Shown here piece after piece: positions 15,501-29,317 of a stretch of DNA of 64,000 nt. The first letter of the stretch is position 1. The number at the start of each line of letters is the position of its first letter. Location of the stretch: the NCBI RefSeq assembly GCF_009914755.1, contig NC_060947.1; one strand, given 5' to 3'. The notes below the pieces were generated by a model. The model saw only the letters and a list, made by a program, of their open reading frames with translations. It was not told the origin of the DNA and did not search any database. The translations under genes were made by a program, and so were the position numbers. The DNA is from the human T2T-CHM13v2.0 reference genome, Homo sapiens.

Positions 15501-15610
15501 GTTAAAAAAATATAAGGGGCTTGATGAGATCCTAGATCTGCTCCTTTTCTCCTAGGTGCCTGGGTAACTCCTGGGGAAAGCATCATATTAAGTCCTTTTC
15601 AAGCAAGGTG

Positions 15611-15662
15611 TGTGATTTTGACCAATGAATTGAGCTGATATGTGATTTTGACCAATGAATTG
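15611..15662. repeat. Perfect 22-bp direct repeat tgtgattttgaccaatgaattg, period 30
   Basis: Copies at 15611-15632 and 15641-15662. Confidence 0.95.
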
Positions 15663-16194
15663 TGCATCTATTTAAAAATTACCAAGTGTATCTTGACTCT
15701 TGAGTGGACAGTCAAGGCAAAGTTTACTTAGGAAATGTAAAGTATGGAGTGTTTTAAAAAATTCAAATTGAGTTTATTCACTGTTGGAGGAATTGAATTC
15801 TATTGCCTCCCTCATTTCCATTATGTTCATTGTTACAATTGTGCTGCTCTGTTCTCATTGTGATGCTTAGTTCTCGTGTAGAACTGAGTGCTACATTCTG
15901 ATTAGAAACTGGAGTTGTGCTTGAGTCAGTCCTGGAAAACAGGACCCATTTTTAAGAAGAACGGAACATACCACTTTGGCATTCTGGCTGACCCTAATTT
16001 CTGCAGAGTTCCTTGGTGTTAAAATCATTTGAGGTCATAGTTGCTGCTTATGGTTTATATACACACCATCTGCTGCTCTAAGTTCACATCCTCTCAAAAG
16101 CATGCAAGTGCTTGAAATTTAAATATTTCCCAGATCTAAAACAACTTGTGACTACCTAAGAAATGCTTGAACCAAATAAGAAACAGCACTGTGG

Positions 16195-16800
16195 AATAAA
16201 ATATACCATTGTGAACATATCTGATGCTGCAATGAAATGTAAAGTTCCTTACTTTGCTGATTTTTCATCATAACTCCTTGACTCATAAAAGCGGTGTCTA
16301 AACTGGGAACAGCTGCTAATAGGGTAAAAGTATTATACATCAAATAAAAGTTCATTACAATATTTGTACTCATAAGTCAAAATCTGACCTGGTTCGCTTT
16401 GTGCCTCTGTCAGCCTACTTACAGTGATAAATGTACACACAAGTCCAGTGTTGCCAAGGAGCTTTGTTTATAGAAAGAAGCTTGGTCCCCTCAGTTCTAT
16501 GCTGTTGTGTGGCCTGGTTGGTACATGCCGTCATGATGAAGGATGACTTTGGTTTGAGATAATTTGTCACTCCACATTCCATGGAGAAAAGTGTTTCATT
16601 TTGATGTTGGAAAAACATGACCAGAGAAGCATGTGACTCAGATAATGTTCCCCGGAAGTTGCAGAGCAATCTGTGGTGTCTGTCATAGCCCAACTAGTCC
16701 TGGAGCACATGGACAATTCTGTACCCCAATACTCAGAACAATAAAATGGTAGTTGTGATTCACTGTGCGTCACTGTGGTGTTTTGTGAGCCCTCGTCTAT
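16195..16800 (+). terminator. PDK3: Cluster of distal poly(A) signals (AATAAA at 16195, 16343, 16740)
   Basis: Three AATAAA hexamers. The last is followed by CA dinucleotides and a GT-rich downstream element (cactgtgcgtcactgtggtgttttgtg). Confidence 0.65.
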
Positions 16801-17816
16801 TTCTCATCACTCCCACCTATAAACTTCTCTCTCTTGGTTTCTGAAATTCAGTACATTAACGGCACCAAGCACCTTTGCAAATTGCTGGGAATAGACAAGG
16901 ATGCTTGCTTAAAGTCTTATGATTGAGTGAAGGAAAATAGGTTATTTGGAGTCCCTAGCAGGGAACATGGAGCTCACCTTTTTTGGGGAGCATCCTATGG
17001 GTGAAATATAGTAGCTGTATAATAGTAAACTGTTAGAGTTGGTATTTTTCAAAATATGGTCCATGGATAGAAGAAAGAGGGCCATACACTGTACTGTCTA
17101 AGTCAGGACACTTTTGAGAATGAAAAAGAGCACTATTAACAATTGTTTCTGTAAACCGTGTAAGCAGGTGTACACTGGCACGGTCCTGGGCAAACTGAGA
17201 TGGCCTGGCCATGGCCCACCCACACCAGAACGACCTGAAATGCTGGCTTATGCAGATTCCTGGGCCCTACCTCAGCTCTTCTACTGATTGATTCTCTAGG
17301 GGGCAGTGGGAGGCCCAGGAATCTATATTGACAAATGCTCCAGGGGAATTGTTTTAAAAACTAACATTGCAAACTGCTGCCACACGGCATCTTCAGAAGA
17401 CAAACAACTTGAGTTTTTCAATGAAAGTGCTATTGGTTCCATGGTCTTTTATAATGAACTGGGCAGCACCGACACCAGAACCCAGTGCCTCCAAAGACAT
17501 TTGGCTACAGTTAAGTGCTTTCTGAATAATTAACAGATGTAGTCCTCAAGCTCTTTAGCAGTGTGTAATTCTTTTACTAAACATTTCGTGGTGAAGAGGT
17601 GCCTTTTCATTTTTTAATTGGAGAGCCACATAACTGCTATCTTCCATGTTTAACGCTAAAAAACAAAAGTTCTCAAAAATTTGAGGCAAATGCCTTGGTT
17701 TTGAATGGTCCTTGGGGAGTGTTCATATCAGGAAATCACGTTTGTCTTTGTTCAGCTACCAATTATCTCTGTTAACTGTACCTTAGTTTCCTCATCTATA
17801 AAATTAGGGAGTTTCT

Positions 17817-18129
17817 GGGCAGAGTGGCTCATGCCTGTAATCCCAACATTTTGGGAGGTCAAGGCGAGAAGATCACTTGAGCCCAGGAGTTTGAGAACAG
17901 CCTGGGCAACATAGCGAAACCCCCATTTCTAGAAAAAAATACGAAAATTAGCCGGGTGTGGTGATGCACACCTGTAGGCCCAGCTACTCAGGAAGCTGAA
18001 GCAGGAGGATTGCTTGAGCCTGTGAGGTCGAGGCTACAGTGAGCCATGATCACGTCACTGCACTCCAGCCTGGGTGACAGAGTGAGACCCTGTCTCAAAA
18101 ATGAATGAATGAATGAATGAATGAATGAA
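17817..18129 (+). mobile_element. Alu (AluJ-like) with (GAAT)n tail
   Basis: Full dimer; TSD aaaattaggga. Confidence 0.95.
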
Positions 18130-18714
18130 CAAAATTAGGGAATTGGACTACGTGGATTCCAGACTCCAGGTTTGATGTTTTGTGGCACTCTTTAAAAACC
18201 TAAAATGGGAAGCAATTACTAATCTACTTTCATGTTGTTTTTATATATCTATGTATATGGAATATAAAAGCAGTGACTCTTGAAATTGACAGTGGTTTTA
18301 CTCAGAATTTTAGTATTATCCATCTGCATTTTACCAAAGGTCAGCTGCTGTGTTAAGACATCATTGATGACTTGGGAATCGTGTTTTCGTAGCAGCCACT
18401 CCTGCCCTGGTTTGAAATCCATAAAGTATGTGCAGTTTAGGCTCACAAAGAGACTATTTAACTCAAGACTGCACAGTTCCATGTAGCTGCCACAGAGCAT
18501 CACACTTGAGTGTACATTTTTACTTTTTTGTCATTGATTTCAAAATCCTTTCCAAATGACTTAATAATGCTTGCTTACAAGTGATTATCTGCTGATATTT
18601 TCAGATATTTGCTTCATAATAACGTACTTACACTTTGATCACATGAATAAATCATAAGGCATCGTGTAGAAGGGGTTGCGTCTGGGAAGGGTTTCTGTAG
18701 ACCACCATCCACCA

Positions 18715-18891
18715 CTAGGACTCTCTGCAGTGCTGGAAACGTGCTACATCTGTGCTGTCCAATATGGCCACCACTAGCCACCTCAACAGTTAAAATGTGG
18801 CTAGTGCAGCTGAGGAACTGAATTTTACATTTTATTTAATTTTCTGAATTTAAATAGCCACGTGTGGCTAGTGGCAACCATATTGGACAGC
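18715..18891. mobile_element. MER3-like hAT-Charlie MITE
   Basis: Internal inverted repeats gctgtccaatatgg..ccactagccac / gtggctagtggcaaccatattggacagc. Confidence 0.75.
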
Positions 18892-20846
18892 CATTTCATC
18901 TGTTGAATTATTTAAAATTAGCGTCGAGCACCCGTTTTCACCAGTCACCAGGCTGGGTGCTTTACAGCAATTGTGTCATTTTTAAACGTTGGTGTTAAAA
19001 TGAATCCTTTGTCAATGAATCCTTTGTCCTCTGCCCACTGATGACACTTTCATCAACATAATCATCTCTCTCTCTCCTTGGTTAAAAAACATAAAATGAT
19101 ACTTAGACCATTTCCTAGTGTGGCCACATGGCAGACCAGTTCTCGTCTTTGCTACACAGGCCATTGACCATCTACCTCTTTGAATCCATTTACTTTCGGG
19201 CTTATTTTGTTCCCTGAACTGACGTATTACCATAGCCCAGAGGGTCTCAATCTGGCTCCACTTCAGATCCATTAGAGGGGTGCTGAGGAGTCTTTTTTTG
19301 AGTTCCCTGGGAGATTCCAACATGCAACAGGGTTGAAAACCACCGATAAAGTTCAAACTATAGACCAGTCATTGGGAAAAGCTAGAATGCTGGCTGCACC
19401 AAATCATGTCTCCCTGGCACAGAGCAGGCCTACGAGCTTTGCGACTTTCTTGATAATCTGCCTAACAGCAATTGGGAAATACTTAAAAAGGAGAAAAGGC
19501 TTGTCAGTTTGGATTTGGGCCAACTAAGCAGTTTTGCCGTTTCCTTCTCTGCAAGAAACTCCAAGTTAGGCTAATGCTACTCTTACATTCTCTGGCATTC
19601 TTGTCCAAACAGTATTTGCAAGTCCTCAAACAAAATAAACATGTTAATGATTTCAACAACAGTGATGGATGCAGAAGCTTCCAACAGTTCCTTAGTGACA
19701 GCTTAATATAATAGTGGAATTATTTCTAAAGTTAGAGATAATTATTGTCACCTTAGCACAATAATTGGAATGGAGCTTCCTATATGAAAACTGCTCTTCT
19801 CCTAGGGCTTCAACTGGTCATGAAATAACAGTTTATAAGGGCAAATAAATGCCCCATTATTCAGGTGAGGGAGGCCCGTCAGGCACTCTGCAATCAAAGA
19901 ATGGAGGGGAGACTGAGAATGACCATCTCATCCATCAAGCAGCCCTGTCCAATTAGGATCATTTAAACTATTTCATGCAAGGCCCTCACAAAACAGAACC
20001 TTACTGCCATTCATGGGCCTAGCTAAGGGATATCATTGTCAGTCTCCTCTTTTCAGCATACTCAGAAAATAGTTTCAAATGAATAGAAAATCTTTTAAAA
20101 ATCTGGTTTTCCTATTTTCCCTCACTCTCAGAGTTGGTAATCTTTGTACTCAGGGACAGTTAGAGCACATCACCCCCAAAGAGATGAGTAAAATCATGTA
20201 AAATTAGTAAGTAAAATAATTGTAAGATTCTATTGGTAGAATCAGAAGTTTCAGTGGCCAGAAACATGGAGTTTTCCTTAAGAGCTCAGTAAAGTCAAAG
20301 ACAGGGCCAGTCAGGAGACTGAGAGGCAGACTAGTAAACTGAAATTGAGGGCAAAGGGGCAGGGATTGTGTCCCCTCTAGTCTTTGTGTCCGCAGCACCT
20401 AGTGGCCCACTCAAATGTTTGTTGAGTACTTCGGATGGAAATGTATGCCAGACCTTAAGTTAAAATGTGGATCAAAGGCCACGACTTTCAAAGGAAAATG
20501 AGTTACTCTAGAAAGGAGCATGGAGTAGCTTGAAAGTGTGTTGTGGCTGAAAGTGATTCCTAGCTTAAACTGGCTGTGATCAGCATCCAAAGAACCAGAA
20601 AACAAAAACAAAAAGAAAAACAAAAAAACAGAGGGCAAATAGGCAGGAAACAGATTGTGCCTGACAGCCAGAATCTGTACCCCTGGGTTTGTTTCAGTGG
20701 GAACATGTCCAATGGTCAAAGACTTTGGTTAGTTACCATTTTCACTTCTTGTTATAGCCAAGTATGGATTGGAGGATATGTACAAGGAAATGGGGGGTGG
20801 GGTCCTTTAACTTCCTTCCCTATTGGCCATGGCTCCATGTTCATGA

Positions 20847-21258
<412 letters not shown>

Positions 21259-21439
21259 CATGCTTGTCTTGTGGACATCAAAACTCAAACATTTTAGCAA
21301 GGTCATCACTGGTAGCTGTTAAATAGAAATGGTAAAAAGAAGAAATTATCTCTATTTGTATGAGAGTTACTGCTCCTCAACTCTGTCAGGACTTGGGAAA
21401 AGATTCAAGGATTTGTGACCACTGTCCTCAGTCACCTTG

Positions 21440-21928
21440 GGTTAGAGAAAATAATGGTTCCCCAAAAATGTCCATATCCTAATCCTCAGAACCTAGGAAT
21501 ACGTTGTATTACATATGAAGAAGGAATTAAAGTTGCTGATGACCTGAAAATAGGGAAATGCTCCTGGGGTTATCTGGATAGGCCCAATGTGATTACAAGG
21601 GCTCTTATAAGAGGAGGAGGCAGAAGAAGAGTCAGTGTCAGAGTGATGTGACATGAGAAAGACTGGACTGGCTACTGCTGGCTTTGAAGATGTTAGGGGG
21701 CCATGAGCCAAGAAATGCAGGTAACCTCTAGAAGCTGGAAAGGGCAAGAAAATAGATTCTCCCCTAGAGCCTCCAGACAGGAACAGCTGCCACCTGCCAA
21801 CACCTTAATTTTAGCCCAGTAAGACTCATTTTGGACTTCTGACCTTCAGGACTGTAATTTAATAAATTTGTGTTGTCTTAAGCCTCTGTGTTTGTTGTAA
21901 TTTGTTAGAGCAGTAGGAAACGAATACA
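21440..21928 (+). mobile_element. MaLR solo LTR (MLT1D-like)
   Basis: ataatggttccccaaaaatgtcc...tgctggctttgaagatg...agaagctggaaagggcaag...gattctcccctagagcctcc...aataaatttgtgttgt...aggaaacgaataca. Confidence 0.85.
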
Positions 21929-22445
21929 CACCTCTTCCACTTCTTTCATCTATCATTAATCCCTGGGTACCAGATATAGAAACAAATAGAAAAAGAATCA
22001 GTGACTCAGTGGTGTTAAGGTGGGTCTGTGATCAGGCTGGTAAATGGCATTTTGTCAACATATTCCCAGTGGAACATGACTACCAAACAGATTAAAAAGA
22101 CTGGTTATCTTCTCAAGCTATGTAATGGGTCATGTCCTGCTACGCATATGGCAGATGATGACAAGTTTTCTTTGGACTTGGACATTTTAGAGTGACAGGG
22201 ATATTTGCAAGTATAGTCCGTTGAAAAGGTCCCTGTGGAAAGGGTAAAGTACTCCAACTCTTTCAAGTAGAGAATCATCAATTCTTTTTAAATCGAAGGT
22301 TACAGATCAAATATTTTACTTGTAGCTAATCCCTCCATCAGAACTCTTTATGAATAGAGTACAGGAAGCTTGTAGCTTAATTATTTCACCTCCACTCAAG
22401 AAAGATTATAAAGTTAAGGAGAATAGAAATTGTTTATAGGTGAAG

Positions 22446-22822
<377 letters not shown>

Positions 22823-24390
22823 TCAACTGCAGCTGATATTTAGTCAATATGGTGCCTTTTCTAGAATACACATTATAGTCGTGTCAAAGACTAACATAAG
22901 GCTTCTATCAGCTACAGATATTTGGGCTCTTAATGAGATCTTCAGATTTTACTCTTGATTGGTTTCTACTTGATGGTTTCTTAAAGAAGTTGATCACCAA
23001 GTATACTTTGATGCTTATGAACTGTCACACTCTGTCTCAAAAGCATCTCTATGGGAGTCCTTTTAATCTAATAGTTCCTGCTGAATACCTGGAGAAGTTG
23101 CCTAAACATTCAACTCCAGTTACCAATGAAGACTCCAAGACAAGAGGACTGTGTGTGTGTGATATGTGTGGGAACACTTTTGATAGTGTACCTTTTCCCC
23201 CAGGAATTATGTTCATTAACAAAGGCTAATTCTCTTGGGGGCAAATATCAAGGTTCTTAAATATGGGTTTTAGTACACCTTGTAACTGATTGTTTTCCCC
23301 TTGAGAACATGTCTGAGGCATCATGGAAGTCAAGAAGAAACTTGTAACTGTTGCTTGAAATACAACCTGTCAAGAATGCATTTGATCTATGTGGTGAAAC
23401 CAAATAGTATGGTGTACGAATAATAGGTATTCCATTTTAAAATTCATTCCCTTGCTGACTACCAGCCTGGCTTTATTTATTCTGGACCCGAGGCTAATGT
23501 CAGAACTGTGGTCATTTCAAAAAGCGCAACCTCTCCAGATGGAGTTAATGGAATTTCCTTAATTTGGCGAGTGGAGGGCACCAGCACAGTTCTCAGAATA
23601 TTGACATCTGCCTTAGCTGTTGACATTTGGGATCCAGATTTAGTGCGTCCACCCCCATCTATCTGTGTCTAGCTGATCAAAGAAGCTTTTTTTCCCCAAA
23701 GATGGAAAAGTGGTTGAAATGGCCACTTCCCAAAGTTTAGGTACACTTGGGAAGCATTCCGTCAAGTGACAAGATAAGAAAAGTGGATGGAACTCTAGAG
23801 CCTTTTATCTTGATGCTAGAAGTGTGGAGGCTGAAGGCATGAAACCAGTCACCAATGCGGCTGTGGAGGCCCCAGGGGACTGGAAGACCACCTCTCCCGT
23901 GAGAGTTCAGTACTTTCTCATGGTCGTTCAGTGACAGCATCACAGCTGGTAGAAGCTTGGGGCAATGCAGCCTGCCTCATACATTCAGAGACCTTTACAG
24001 GCAAAGGAGACCTTAGAAATAATTTCCTTGAGGCCAAAGAAGTGAAAAGGTTAGGCCAAGGTCACAAAGTCAGTTAGTAGTGGAGCCTACAATGCAGGGT
24101 CCTGACTGGGTTCACCATGTGAGCTTCCCTCCACGTGGTGCTGTTCCTAACTAGCTTTCAAGTCAAATGTGGGGCCTTTGGCAACTCCAAGGCTTTGCCC
24201 TGCTCTGCACGGTGCACAGTCACATCCTTCTGAAGGGCTGGGGCCACAGCTGGGCAGAGCCAGCCGGTGGGCCAGGACAGCTGCTGCAATGCCTGTATTT
24301 TTCCCCATTGAGCTAGTTCATAAATAGGAACACACAGCAGCACACTTAAGAAACATGACAATGACACACGAAAGTGCAATTCTGCATCCC

Positions 24391-24396
24391 TTTATT
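24391..24396 (-). terminator. PCYT1B: PCYT1B poly(A) signal AATAAA (tttatt on +)
   Basis: On the - strand the hexamer is followed by a GU/U-rich element (tttcgtgtgtcattgtcatgtttc). Confidence 0.75.
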
Positions 24397-25279
24397 TATA
24401 AACGAGTTGAGAATGGTGTGGTCCATTTGAGAGCAAGAATGGGATAGGAGCAGGGGGGCAGGGGGCGCGCAGAGTTGGGGGAGGCTGATTCCAGTAGTTC
24501 GCGTTATTCAGCACCAGAGTAAATGCTTGGGCATAAGGTCGTGCTTTAACCCAGACAGGTCTTGTCTTATATGTACAGCATAGTCTTAAGTATGTATGCT
24601 CTACTTATGGCTTTGTCCCTGGACACATCGCAGTGACACAACAGAGGAAAACTAGAAAGAAGTCTAGAGAGGAGAAGTTGCAAATGCCTCATGAGCTATT
24701 TCTTTTTTAAAAATCTGATGGCCAAGACTAGTGCTGAACGGATGCCTAAGAAACAGGCACATCTCTGCTAGAGACGGGCTCATCTGCTTCAGCTGAGCCA
24801 GTGACACCGTCTCGCATCTCTCCCTGGGGTATGACTAGATGCTAAAATAAGTACTGAAGACGGAGAGAAAATAAATCCGTGCTCTTCCTGTCCCTCCCTC
24901 AGGGGGTGAAATAACAGTATCTAGTAGCCTAAGAGCAAAACTGAAATCCCTAAGCTGTGTCTCTTCCACTCAGACCAGGTTAGAAGCCAGGCCAATGTCT
25001 CACGTCCTGCTCCTCTTGAGCCTGGCATTTCTTTGCCTTGGTAAGGTCCTGACACACAGGAGCATGCTTGCCAGAAGCAAGTCGTTCAGTGTGACTTATG
25101 GCACAGCAATCCCACCCTTGTTTCTTAGCTGGTGGAGGGGTGACCAGTTCATTTTAGGGTCCCCATAAGCAGCTAATATAGAAGTGCTGAAATGAAGCAA
25201 CCAGAGAGGCAGGGACCCCATATCCTGCATGGGCATTTGCTAACCTTGGTTGTGCGTAAAAGGAACCCTTCCCTCTTCA

Positions 25280-25814
<535 letters not shown>

Positions 25815-28376
25815 CTACAACTTCAGTCCCACTTTCTCCCATCTTCATAAGCTGCCCCCTTCTGCAGTCCTAAGTTGCTATCCTCCAGCCCTCATTCTGA
25901 AGCTTCCTTTCCTCACTAGGGCAAAAAGAATCTCTTTCCTTGCTTTGTGTTATTCCTGCTTACCCCTCCAAGCTTGGGGCATATTTCTCATTCCAGCCTT
26001 AACTCACTCTTGGCCATTACAGTTGACCTGCTGGCCCTAACAAAGTGCAACCCGGTCTCTGCCTGGGAGCAGGGAGGTGGTGTGGGGGTAGGGGCTGGGA
26101 GAGACTGAGAGATGGCCAAAAAGTATCAAAAGTTGGGTTGTAGAATCCTTCCCATTCCTTCTCAGTAGATTTGCAGCCTCAAGAGGGTGGAACGGGGGGA
26201 CTCACTGCAGGTTAGGAGGGTGAGATTTAGAACCCATTTATGTGTGGTTTGGGCTCATCCCTGGAATAGGCATTAGTTATTTCCCATAATTGGCAGCAAT
26301 GGTGACATTATCTGATGAGTCACGTAAGTGGCACCTGTCAGTATGGCGTGTAAGGCCTGCAAATGTATAGTCAGCCTGATACACTATTTGCTCCAGAGTA
26401 TAAGATTCAGGTAAAAGTGAATCTATCTGCCCTGGGCCATGGAGTAGGGGCACAAAGGCCTTCCCAAGAGAGTCTCACCTGTAAAGTGAGGTCCTGAAAT
26501 GGTTTTATGAGAGCAGATTTTCTTTATCCTCCTTTCCTCCCTCCAGGAACTTCTTTCCTCCTTTTCTCTTCCCTTGTTCCCGCCACCTTCCCTTGCCTGG
26601 CTGGCCTCATCCTTCACTGCTACAAGTGCCAACTAACTCAAATGGTAGGCAGACTTGCATGGCTTGACCTGAGTGCATGATGGAAGACAGAGACCAAATG
26701 GAAGAATGAGGCCCTTGTCCCTCTCTGAAGAGCAATATTCTGGGTGGCCCTTGACTGCAAAAAGAAGTTTTCTTCTTCACATGCCATGTTCCTGCCAGCC
26801 CTCTGTCCCATATGAGTGCTTCCCAGAGTCCTGGAGAAGGAAAGTGCCAAGAACAAAGAGGTTCCAAGCCAGCTCAGCCTCATAGTTTTGCTTCACAGCA
26901 GACAGCACTCATCTCCAAGTGGATAGGGAGGTAGTTCAACCCCAACAAGAAGGGGAAAGACATGCCGCCTTCCTTCACTGGTTGTCCCCTTGTCACCTAG
27001 AAGGCTGGTTCCCAAGGCCTCTGAAAAGGGGTATTTCTATCACAAGAGATTCTGGGCTCTGCCTACAAGTTGCTGGTTTGGGCCTCTATTCAGTCAGACC
27101 CCAGCTCTGTGTCTGAATTTACTGGCATACCCATACAATAACCCAAAGAGTTTGGTTCTATGCCTTAACTCTCCCTGCTCATTTCGCACAGGTGACTAAG
27201 GAGCAGGACCTTTGGACAACTCAGCAGGAACACTTAGAGTCTTCATCCTACTTGGCAAACCTAGGGCCAGAGATAATGGTGATACTACCTAGACCATTCA
27301 GATGCTGAGATCATAACTGAGCCCACAGTTCTCTGTAAAAAGTCTTGAGTTCTCCTTCACCCAAAAATGTTATAGGAGGCCACGAGAACAAAATACTAAT
27401 TTCCTGGTTGGGATAAAACGTTTCCACAGGAATCTGGAATAAGCTTGACAAAGTGCCCAAGTCACAAGAGAACAGATGTTTCTTGAGACCAAGGATTTCA
27501 GAGGAGTATTATGGTGGAGCGCAGGAGTGGGGTCTATTATAAAATGCCACCACTATATACTCATATTGCACATGGGATACACCCGGGGATGACATATTGG
27601 AGCATATATAGAACAGATACGTGCAGGTAGCACCCCCTATTGGTATACTATGTTTGATACCTCAAACTGTTACTTGAGGTCTATGAAACTGTTAACTGGT
27701 CAGAAATGGGAAAAGCCATTCCATAATAGCATCCTTTAAGGAGAAGCTTCAGGAGACATTTCTTGTCCGCTAAACCTGGAGGCAAAGCAAAGCAGCTCCT
27801 CTTTTTTATATATTAGGAAGTTTTTCTTTGTTGCAGTTCCCACGGATTAAGGTAATTTCTGCAAAACAATGAAGTCAAACCAGTGATGAGAAAGTACAAC
27901 CAGGAGCACATCAGGCCTTACGTGGAGTTCTTGACAAAACTGTCCTTTGAATAAAAAGTTAAGGTTCACACTAGATGACCTTTTATAACCAGCCTAAAGC
28001 AAGGCTTTGTCTATGAGCCACATTCATGGAACTGGAAGGAGCTGATGCGTTCCAACATCAGGTCTCAGTGGCTGGACTGAGGAGGTTGGAATCTGTCTTT
28101 TTCTCGACTATTTCAGAAGCACTTTGCCACCTCTATTGGAAACAATTTTATTCTGGCAGAGCTGGGGTGGTGGGAGGCAACGTGCAGGACCCTTATGGAC
28201 GCAGAAGTAGCAGGTTGAGGGAACAGCCGCTGCCACAGGTGGTTTACTTGGTGGGGGTGGTGGAAGGACCAAAGCAGAAGTCACCCCATCAGTGCAAGTC
28301 TCTCTAGGGAACTCTGCATCCTTCCTTAGCAAGGTTAGAGTGACTCTAGACGCTAAGGTTTGTGTAGGTTGTCCAG

Positions 28377-28409
28377 CTAGAAGTCTCTGCACCTCGCCCA
28401 ACTCTTCAG
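28377..28409 (-). CDS. PCYT1B: PCYT1B alternative tail LKSWARCRDF* (CCTbeta1-type isoform)
   Basis: Acceptor tctctctcactctccgtacag (28410-28411). Internal donor CCT|gtgagc at 28735/28734 in the last exon. In frame, with TAG at 28377-28379. Confidence 0.85.
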   Translation of the reverse strand: MKSWARCRDF

Positions 28410-28584
28410 CTGTACGGAGAGTGAGAGAGAACTGGTCCCAAGACCTTCCCTTAGCAGAGTTCAGGGTCTCTCTGCTGAGCTGCAGCTCCTGTGACTATTA
28501 CCCTTCAAACACCACCCAGGCAACCCTGTGACTCTCGCCCTCCTCCCCATCCTGCATGGTGCGGCTCTTGCCTCCCAGCAGCCT

Positions 28585-28797
28585 CTACTTTTCATCCTCA
28601 TCCCCCTCGCTCATGCTGCTGATAGAGGCTGAGGCTGCTTTGGGTGAGGAAGGGGGTGAGGTTTTGAGTGGAAGCCATGAGAAGGTGGGCGATGGGGAGC
28701 GGGAAGGGGACCGGCTCCGGGTTGGGCTGCTCACAGGGCTCTGCTTCGGGGATAAGGCCTGCAGCATCCGGCTGCTCCTCTCCTGGAACATCTGCTT
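28585..28797 (-). CDS. PCYT1B: PCYT1B last coding exon: Ser/Pro-rich phosphorylation domain [70 protein letters not shown]
   Basis: Acceptor tttatctttag (28798-28799), 213 nt, phase 0. ORF track 28585..28791. Matches the CCTbeta2/3 C-terminus. Confidence 0.96.
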   Translation of the reverse strand, partial: KQMFQERSSRMLQALSPKQSPVSSPTRSRSPSRSPSPTFSWLPLKTSPPSSPKAASASISSMSEGDEDEK

Positions 28798-28867
28798 CTA
28801 AAGATAAATTGGAGAGAAGGCATCTGTTAACTTTGCAATCTGAGGCAGCAGCAAAACAAAAAGGTAA

Positions 28868-29317
<450 letters not shown>

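Noticed and set aside
18754-18891. Long hairpin resembling a pre-miRNA
   Set aside because: Explained by the internal palindrome of a MER3-type MITE; no independent evidence of processing.
24507-24527. REST/NRSE-like TTCAGCACC in the PCYT1B 3' UTR
   Set aside because: Only the left half-site matches; the GGACAG half is absent.
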